Shown here piece by piece: positions 7,628-13,377 of a stretch of DNA of 20,564 nt; the first letter of the stretch is position 1; each line of letters starts with the position of its first letter. This stretch comes from a virus, in IMG/VR virus record IMGVR_UViG_3300029892_000002. One strand, written 5' to 3'. A program made the position numbers and the translations under genes. The notes beneath the pieces are model-generated. The model was given only the letters and a program-made list of their open reading frames with translations, had not been told where the DNA came from and did no database searches.

Positions 7628-7661
7628 ATCATCCATGGTCCGTAAATGGACCATGGATGAT
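7628..7661 (-). terminator. Hairpin downstream of phuZ (probable terminator)
   Basis: Perfect 14-bp inverted repeat ATCATCCATGGTCC / GGACCATGGATGAT with a 6-nt loop, 10 nt after the phuZ stop. Confidence 0.7.
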
Positions 7662-7671
7662 GTTATTGAAA

Positions 7672-8637
7672 TTAAAGCACAAGACCTTCTTTAGTAGTTT
7701 GAATGGAGTTATCGACGATGGAACGATGAACGAACGCAGAGCGCGTGTCATCGGCTTCACGCAGACGAGCATCCAAACGGTGAGCGATCTCAGCAAAAGC
7801 ATTAGCCACCAAGACCATGTGAATCGGCATGTTAAAGGTAGTGTTCTGCTTAACAACACTAGGCAAAAATCCAACTGCCTGATATTCGATCGGATGTTTG
7901 ATATCAGCAGACTTATCCTCATCGGTAAGAGTAACTACACCAATGATAGCCTCGTCCTTATTGAGAGTGATTTCATGACCGTCAAAGAAATCAAGCTTAA
8001 CCATGGACGGTTTATAAGACGTGACCTTGGGATAGTTCAAGAAATGTTGAAGGTCAGCAGTATCAAGCTCGCGATGCTTACCAGAGAAGAACAGCGAGGT
8101 CATGATGACATGCATGCGAACTTGCTGATCAACACTACCACGAGGGTTACTTGCTGAGTTTTCGAAATACGTAACAGCGATCGGCACACCAGTTGAATCA
8201 CTGATAGCTGCATAAGACTTGAGAGTCTTAAGAGTGTTTTCGATCTCGATACGAGAACCAGTCGAACCGATCAGAGTAACGGTAAGAGGACGACCCTTCT
8301 TAACCAACTCACTAACAAGAACGGGTGCGATCACAGAACCAGATCCACCAGAAGCAGAGTGAATAACGTTGATGATATCAGGGGTCCCGATCTTTTGTAC
8401 GAGTTCCTTAGCCCGCTCAGAAATTTGTTCGTAGTTGACAGCACGGAGTTTACCAGAACCATCCATGCCATCAAAGAGATAAACCTTACTTGGATCGAGT
8501 TTATCTGTAAGATTGCTACGAGAAGTATCAACAGTGAAGACATCGATTTCTGCGTAACCGGCTTCACCAGTGTTGACAAAATGCTGGGCCAGGTTGATGC
8601 CTGCTCCACCACAGCCAACTACACACATAGTGCTCAT
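7672..8637 (-). CDS. phuZ: PhuZ phage tubulin
   Basis: 321 aa. T1 loop GCGGAGIN, VDTSRSN, DGSGK, tubulin signature SASGGSGSVIAP, T7 loop ELDTAD, and a PhuZ-like C-terminal tail ending EGLVL. Confidence 0.95.
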   Translation of the reverse strand: MSTMCVVGCGGAGINLAQHFVNTGEAGYAEIDVFTVDTSRSNLTDKLDPSKVYLFDGMDGSGKLRAVNYEQISERAKELVQKIGTPDIINVIHSASGGSGSVIAPVLVSELVKKGRPLTVTLIGSTGSRIEIENTLKTLKSYAAISDSTGVPIAVTYFENSASNPRGSVDQQVRMHVIMTSLFFSGKHRELDTADLQHFLNYPKVTSYKPSMVKLDFFDGHEITLNKDEAIIGVVTLTDEDKSADIKHPIEYQAVGFLPSVVKQNTTFNMPIHMVLVANAFAEIAHRLDARLREADDTRSAFVHRSIVDNSIQTTKEGLVL

Positions 8638-8652
8638 ATTTTCTACCCTTTC

Positions 8653-9132
8653 CTAAGTTAGACTCACTAATTTTTGAAGCTGTTTCCAGCGACTTACTAC
8701 CTTCTCGCTGTATCCTTTCGTCCCTCCGCCATTATAGCAAGTTAGAGCTTTGGTGATATTACGCTTCTTCTTGAAGCATTCAAAATATACCATAGCTCCA
8801 ACTTCTGCATTGACGTGAGGATCCATTACATTTCGCCCTTTGATTTTAGCTCTGTGCCAGTATGGTACTACTTGCATAAGACCAACTGAACCAGATTTGT
8901 TTTTAAGGTTAGGGCGATAACGCGTCTCCTGTTCCATGATGGCTAACAACAAGTAAGGATCGATGAGAGTTGTTGGTATGTTTTTTACCACATCTACTAT
9001 CACCATAGCCTGGTCTTGTGTTAACTTCATGTAATTTTGAAGATATTCATCCAGAGACATTTTATTTCCTGAGTATGTCAATGGAGAGAGCGTCAGTAAT
9101 ATGACGAAGATAAGCTTGTGGATAAAGTGCAT
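8653..9132 (-). CDS. SLT-domain lytic transglycosylase with N-terminal signal peptide or anchor
   Basis: Catalytic AIMEQETRY, GLMQV and ALTCYNGG motifs. The likely start is ATG 9132 (MHFIHKLIFVILLTLSPLTYSG, hydrophobic leader) rather than 9216. Confidence 0.88.
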   Translation of the reverse strand: MHFIHKLIFVILLTLSPLTYSGNKMSLDEYLQNYMKLTQDQAMVIVDVVKNIPTTLIDPYLLLAIMEQETRYRPNLKNKSGSVGLMQVVPYWHRAKIKGRNVMDPHVNAEVGAMVYFECFKKKRNITKALTCYNGGGTKGYSEKVVSRWKQLQKLVSLT

Positions 9133-9338
9133 TGGATTTCCTATTCCCAAGTTGAAGAAAAGGTTGTTGCTATAGAGAACTCCTTTTAAGGAAGGTTTGG
9201 ATATTCTTGATACCACCAGCGTTTCCTGTTAGGGAAGCGTTGGTGATATCTCCACAGAATGCCAATCGGTAAGTTTTTTCTAAATACCAATTAGCCAGAT
9301 ACTACACGTATTAAATATATACCCATATAGGTTTCTAT

Positions 9339-9376
9339 TAAGCAAGAAAAAACATCTAATCATATATAGCGAATGA
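9339..9376 (+). promoter_or_regulatory. Degenerate third copy of the promoter-like motif
   Basis: CATATATA-N5-TGA (9361-9376) has the same spacing as copies 1 and 2, and an upstream A-tract as in copy 1. Confidence 0.4.
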
Positions 9377-9445
9377 ACACTGCCGAAACCGCATGGTATA
9401 TGTACTAAAGGCTATACTCGATCTTTTATTGCTATTGGTTAGGAT

Positions 9446-9476
9446 ACTTAAGATAGTCTTCTTGACTATCTTAAGT
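9446..9476. repeat. 13-bp perfect inverted repeat
   Basis: ACTTAAGATAGTC-TTCTT-GACTATCTTAAGT, imperfectly extendable outward. Confidence 0.9.
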
Positions 9477-9522
9477 TCATCCTTAGCCTATTAGGTATAT
9501 ATTAACTCGCTCATTCCTAGGT

Positions 9523-9558
9523 TAGACTATATGTTAGCTCAAACTAACATATAGTCTA
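9523..9558. repeat. 15-bp perfect inverted repeat
   Basis: TAGACTATATGTTAG-CTCAAA-CTAACATATAGTCTA. Confidence 0.9.
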
Positions 9559-9666
9559 TGACCATGGTTATGTACGACATATCATCATTGACATACCCGT
9601 GTAGGTAAAATATTTCCAAACCCTTATCATATTTTGGAACTAGTAGATTATCGAGCGCAGGAAGGA

Positions 9667-9697
9667 ACGGAGTCGAAGACGGAGTGGATGACGGAGT
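9667..9697 (+). repeat. ACGGAGT x3 with an exact 12-nt period
   Basis: Copies at 9667-9673, 9679-9685 and 9691-9697. Confidence 0.9.
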
Positions 9698-9871
9698 GAG
9701 CTAGCTTATCTTTATCTTTAGATCTAGCCAATGTTAAGCCTAATAGGAAGCCATGGATATGGTGCCTTGGCACCATGGTTATAATAATATGGTGTGTACG
9801 TCATTTCTATAAATACAATAATATCCGTGGTTATACAAGAAGAATAGCAGTAACCAGTACTACCAAATAGT

Positions 9872-9908
9872 CCATCGATGCCGGCTCTTGGTGAGCTAGC
9901 ATCGATGG
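9872..9908. repeat. Inverted repeat/hairpin upstream of the 9961 gene
   Basis: CCATCGATGC (9872-9881) / GCATCGATGG (9899-9908), with an inner GCTC/GAGC pair. Confidence 0.8.
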
Positions 9909-9960
9909 TTAAATACCTGAGTGTGTCGAGATCATCTGGACACTATAGATGGAGGCTAAC

Positions 9961-10500
9961 ATGCCTGTTTTTGATCTGAATAAATACCAAGACGACGATA
10001 AGCTTAAGGACAATGCCGTTGCTGCTACTAATGACCAGTTGCAACAACAATCCCAACAAGAAACAAACACTAATGCTAATAATGACATTGAGGAGGCTGG
10101 TGTGATCATATCTGGTCCGTTGTCTAAGGTTTATGCTGAAGCTCTTCATAAGGTATTTGAAGGTAGCAAAGTAGCTGCTATTGAATCTACCAGTCAAATG
10201 GCTGGTATGATCTTGTACATGGGAGGTAAGTTAGCTGGTGGTGAAATTGAAAGCCAGCCTGCTGTTGTCTATGTTGATGATGGTAAGAACATGGATGAAA
10301 ATACCAACCAGTCGTTTGATGGATTGAGACTGGCGTTGGATCAAAAAGGTAGGAAGTATGTTGTATTTGAAAACCTTGATGGTAGTTTGAATAATAAGAC
10401 GGGTTTAGTTGTAGAACATGCCATTAAGTATGCTGATAAGGTTTTCTATAGCAGGGAAGCTTTCATGAACTTTATTAAACCAAATGAGGATAAAGAGTAA
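9961..10500 (+). CDS. Hypothetical protein, possible virion head protein (about 179 aa)
   Basis: GGAGG at 9951-9955 favours ATG 9961. Acidic, Q/N-rich N-terminus and an A-I-E-S site resembling the S/A/G-X-E prohead-protease cleavage motif of phiKZ-like head proteins. Confidence 0.75.
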   Translation: MPVFDLNKYQDDDKLKDNAVAATNDQLQQQSQQETNTNANNDIEEAGVIISGPLSKVYAEALHKVFEGSKVAAIESTSQMAGMILYMGGKLAGGEIESQPAVVYVDDGKNMDENTNQSFDGLRLALDQKGRKYVVFENLDGSLNNKTGLVVEHAIKYADKVFYSREAFMNFIKPNEDKE

Positions 10501-10523
10501 CCACCGCAGTGGTTGTTTTGTTT
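10499..10523 (+). terminator. Possible weak intrinsic terminator
   Basis: AACCAC-CGCA-GTGGTT followed by GTTTTGTTT. Confidence 0.5.
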
Positions 10524-10543
10524 AAAACAGGAGATAGTTGGTC

Positions 10544-11461
10544 ATGGATGAAATAAGTAAAAAGAAGTTTATCCAGGAACATAAGTTTGAACGTGGGATG
10601 GCTTTGATACCTGGTATCGAAAATATCATTGCTGTAAGTAGTGGTAAGGGCGGGGTTGGTAAGAGCACTGTAGCTGTTAATCTAGCTTTGGCTTTGAGCA
10701 AGATGGGTAAGAGAGTTGGGATATTGGATGCCGACATCTATGGCCCGTCTGTTCCTAAGATGTTGAAGCTAGATGGAGCTCATCCTACTAGTAGTGATGG
10801 TATGCGATTAGACCCTCTTGAGTCATATGGACTGCAGGTGATGTCCATGGGACTGATGGTTGATGAGACTACTAGTATGAGCTGGCGTGGTCCTATGGTC
10901 ACTATGGTCCTTAAACAATTACTAACAGAAACCAATTGGAAAGATATAGATTTTCTAGTTGTAGATATGCCTCCCGGTACTGGTGATATCCCTATCACTA
11001 TGGCTAAACAAATGCCATTGACTGGTGTGGTGTTAGTTACCACACCTCAAGATATCGCTCTGATCGATGTTCTCAAAGGTATGAAAATGTATGAGAACAT
11101 GGGTGTGCCTATTTATGGTGTTGTTGAAAACATGAGTGTTCATGTTTGTACTGACTGTGGTAAGGTTGAGCATATCTTTGGTCAAGGAGCTAGTAAACGG
11201 CTCAAAGAAGAACATGGTGTTGAACTATTGAGCTCATTACCTTTACATATAAGTATATGTGAACAGACTGATAAAGGCAACCCTACTATGGTTGCTGAAC
11301 CAGATGGTGTTCATGCTCAGATGTATACGCTCATAGCCGAGCAAGTAGTGGATAAGACACCAGAAAAGGTTTTATCTCCTTTCTATCAGGATATGCTTGA
11401 TAGGATGTGTGCTGGTGTTGAGGATCAGGGATGTCAGGATATGAGTTCTGATGTTAGTTAA
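10544..11461 (+). CDS. apbC: Mrp/ApbC (NBP35 family) Fe-S cluster carrier P-loop ATPase
   Basis: IIAVSSGKGGVGKST deviant Walker A, GILDADIYGPS, WRGPM, VDMPPGTGD, VTTPQDIAL, and ENMS-x3-CTDCG cluster-binding CxxC. The start is ATG 10544 (AGGAG upstream) or TTG 10538. Confidence 0.95.
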   Translation: MDEISKKKFIQEHKFERGMALIPGIENIIAVSSGKGGVGKSTVAVNLALALSKMGKRVGILDADIYGPSVPKMLKLDGAHPTSSDGMRLDPLESYGLQVMSMGLMVDETTSMSWRGPMVTMVLKQLLTETNWKDIDFLVVDMPPGTGDIPITMAKQMPLTGVVLVTTPQDIALIDVLKGMKMYENMGVPIYGVVENMSVHVCTDCGKVEHIFGQGASKRLKEEHGVELLSSLPLHISICEQTDKGNPTMVAEPDGVHAQMYTLIAEQVVDKTPEKVLSPFYQDMLDRMCAGVEDQGCQDMSSDVS

Positions 11462-11478
11462 TACAAAAGGACGTTATC

Positions 11479-12711
11479 ATGGATGAGTTAACACTTAAGG
11501 AAGCTTTCGATGAATTGATGGGTAGCCAGAAATTCGATAGCCGTATGGCTAAAAAAGCTAAGCTGTTCCAGGTTCAGTTCGTTCATGATAACCATGACCA
11601 TCGTGCTTTCTTTGGTGGTAACTTGATCGGTGTACATCGCATCAGGTTTGTTTATAACGATTACACTCGTTATTTTAACGATGTGGTTGATGTAGATGAA
11701 GATGTGGTATTGAATCAAGTTAGAAGAGTTACCACTATCAACCATGACTTTAAGATCTCTGGCGATCCGATGAACTTGACTGTGATGTATCAAGTTCATA
11801 GGTTCATGACGAGTCCTTATTTGAATGAAAAAGCTAGGATAGATGCTTGTAGGGATGTAGTATTAGTATTCCTATATCGTAGTATAGCGGCTTTACTGGC
11901 TCATTATTTCAAATACCCTATCGATACTGAAACCGCTCAGGCTGTCTATGAACGATTAAGTGGTAGGTATTTGATTAAGAAACTTGGTACATGGCAGGCT
12001 GTGTTTAACTATAGGGCTGATGAGTTCATAGGTAAGGAATCAGTACACATCCAGGCAGTGATTAAATTCAATGACGATACTGCTATAGTAAATGCTATCA
12101 ATGATCTACAAGGCCGTATCAAGGATATGCTTAAGAACATTTATGCTGAGTTCATCCATGTACATGAACATGGTGGTAAGATAGGTAGTGGATCTGCTAC
12201 CATGATCGATGCAGATGGTGAAGAGATCGTTAAGGATAAAGTTCATGGACTGGAGTCATATCAGCACTACATCCTGAGTGTGGTTGGTGATAGGAATTCT
12301 TTTTATAAACAAGAGCTGGTTGATGTTGTGGCTAAAGTTATACCAACTGTCCATGGTAAAGCTTTTCCTCTAATACTTGACTGGATGACTAGTGAGTTGA
12401 ATTCAGACCATAGAGAACAGATCAGTAAGTTCATCGAACATGTTCTTAGTATGGCTTACAATTATCTCTTGGAGAATGAATATGTTCTTCATAGATCAAG
12501 GGATATCTTACTACTGACTAGTAAATTAAAGGGATTCATTCTGAGTTCTCGTAGTAATTCAGAGGAACTTGAGATATTCCGTAAGGAAGGTGATGCTATA
12601 GTTAAAGCATCATCCAAACAAAGTAATAACCAAACAGTGGCTGCTCTTAGGAATGGATTATTCTTATACATTTCCCTAAGAGCATTTACAAAACACGCAT
12701 ATGGTGGATAA
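11479..12711 (+). CDS. Conserved phiKZ-like protein, probably virion-associated (410 aa)
   Basis: Long ORF with an AAGGA ribosome-binding site. FFGGNLIGV and YF-x-YP...LSGRYLIKKLGTW recall a conserved jumbo-phage family found near terminase and phuZ. The function is not assignable from sequence. Confidence 0.65.
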   Translation: MDELTLKEAFDELMGSQKFDSRMAKKAKLFQVQFVHDNHDHRAFFGGNLIGVHRIRFVYNDYTRYFNDVVDVDEDVVLNQVRRVTTINHDFKISGDPMNLTVMYQVHRFMTSPYLNEKARIDACRDVVLVFLYRSIAALLAHYFKYPIDTETAQAVYERLSGRYLIKKLGTWQAVFNYRADEFIGKESVHIQAVIKFNDDTAIVNAINDLQGRIKDMLKNIYAEFIHVHEHGGKIGSGSATMIDADGEEIVKDKVHGLESYQHYILSVVGDRNSFYKQELVDVVAKVIPTVHGKAFPLILDWMTSELNSDHREQISKFIEHVLSMAYNYLLENEYVLHRSRDILLLTSKLKGFILSSRSNSEELEIFRKEGDAIVKASSKQSNNQTVAALRNGLFLYISLRAFTKHAYGG

Positions 12712-12755
12712 AAAAAATAACATCCCCGGAGCCTATGGTGGCTTCCGGGGATGTT
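12710..12755. terminator. Terminator between convergent genes
   Basis: AACATCCCCGGA-GCC loop GGC-T-TCCGGGGATGTT. The A-run at 12710-12717 gives a U-tail for the minus-strand transcript. Confidence 0.8.
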
Positions 12756-12756
12756 G

Positions 12757-13104
12757 TCAGTTGATCGAGACCGACTGTTGCTGTCGGCCAAGTTCACCGT
12801 ACTTCAGGTACTTGGTGGCTCGGCCGTTCTCAATCGCAACGAAGCGTTGCATCATGGCCTTCTTGGAAACCTCTTCGAATGAGAGATTGCAATCATCCAG
12901 CGAAGGTACCACAGAGAATACGTATCCAGCCAGTAAAGCACCAGTGAAATCGCGGACATCCTTCACTTCAACGACACTGATGCCGCACGACGGTATGATC
13001 GTCAGTGTGTCGAGGAATGCTACCAACGACCCTTTGATGAGGTCGTCCGAGTTGGCAATAATACTCCCAACGACCTGCTGGAACACCAATTCTTTTGTTT
13101 CCAT
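12757..13104 (-). CDS. Hypothetical protein (115 aa), probable early gene
   Basis: AAGGAG ribosome-binding site. Lies between promoter-like motif copy 2 and a terminator, and is GC-richer than the core genes. Confidence 0.75.
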   Translation of the reverse strand: METKELVFQQVVGSIIANSDDLIKGSLVAFLDTLTIIPSCGISVVEVKDVRDFTGALLAGYVFSVVPSLDDCNLSFEEVSKKAMMQRFVAIENGRATKYLKYGELGRQQQSVSIN

Positions 13105-13291
13105 TTACATCTCCTTGTAGTTGATTTAATCTAACACGCTACTCGCCGTGTGTTATGGCGGCATTATTTTACTCCCGCTTGCCAGCGCTATCCGTCATCC
13201 GAGCTTTTGAAGTCCCTTAGCAAGGAATAATTCGAATCTCACCATAGCGTAAAGAACAAGATATTTCCTCCTAAACAAATCGAGCTGGCTA

Positions 13292-13331
13292 TCTCAAGTA
13301 GTATATATGTGACCATGGTTATGTCAGATAA
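13292..13331 (-). promoter_or_regulatory. Putative phage (early-type) promoter, copy 2
   Basis: 32/40 identity to 721-760. Minus-strand core CACATATATACTACTTGAGA (TATACTAC, compared with phiKZ early TATATTAC). Confidence 0.68.
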
Positions 13332-13372
13332 AACATCTCCTGGAAGCCTGTGATTGCTTCCAGGAGATGTTT
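13331..13372 (-). terminator. Hairpin terminator after the terminase gene
   Basis: Perfect 17-bp inverted repeat AAACATCTCCTGGAAGC / GCTTCCAGGAGATGTTT with an 8-nt loop, 5 nt after the terL stop. Confidence 0.8.
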
Positions 13373-13377
13373 AATGA

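Noticed and set aside
7672-8637. Bacterial ftsZ or plasmid tubZ
   Set aside because: No division-cluster or tubR context; the size, C-terminal tail and neighbouring jumbo-phage core genes indicate PhuZ.
7629-8661. Alternative-frame and antisense ORFs over phuZ (97, 166, 95 and 100 aa)
   Set aside because: Overlap a confidently identified gene and show no motifs. The same applies to the short shadow ORFs inside the polymerase, apbC, terL and virion genes.
9655-9700. CRISPR mini-array
   Set aside because: Repeats of 7 nt with 5-nt spacers are far too short, and there are no cas genes.
10538-11461. Plain ParA/MinD annotation
   Set aside because: DADIYGPS, WRGPM, DMPPGTGD and ENMS-x3-CxxC are Mrp/NBP35-specific.
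12701-13120. 139-aa plus-strand ORF
   Set aside because: Runs through the terminator hairpin and is antisense to the 115-aa ORF, which has a ribosome-binding site, promoter and terminator.
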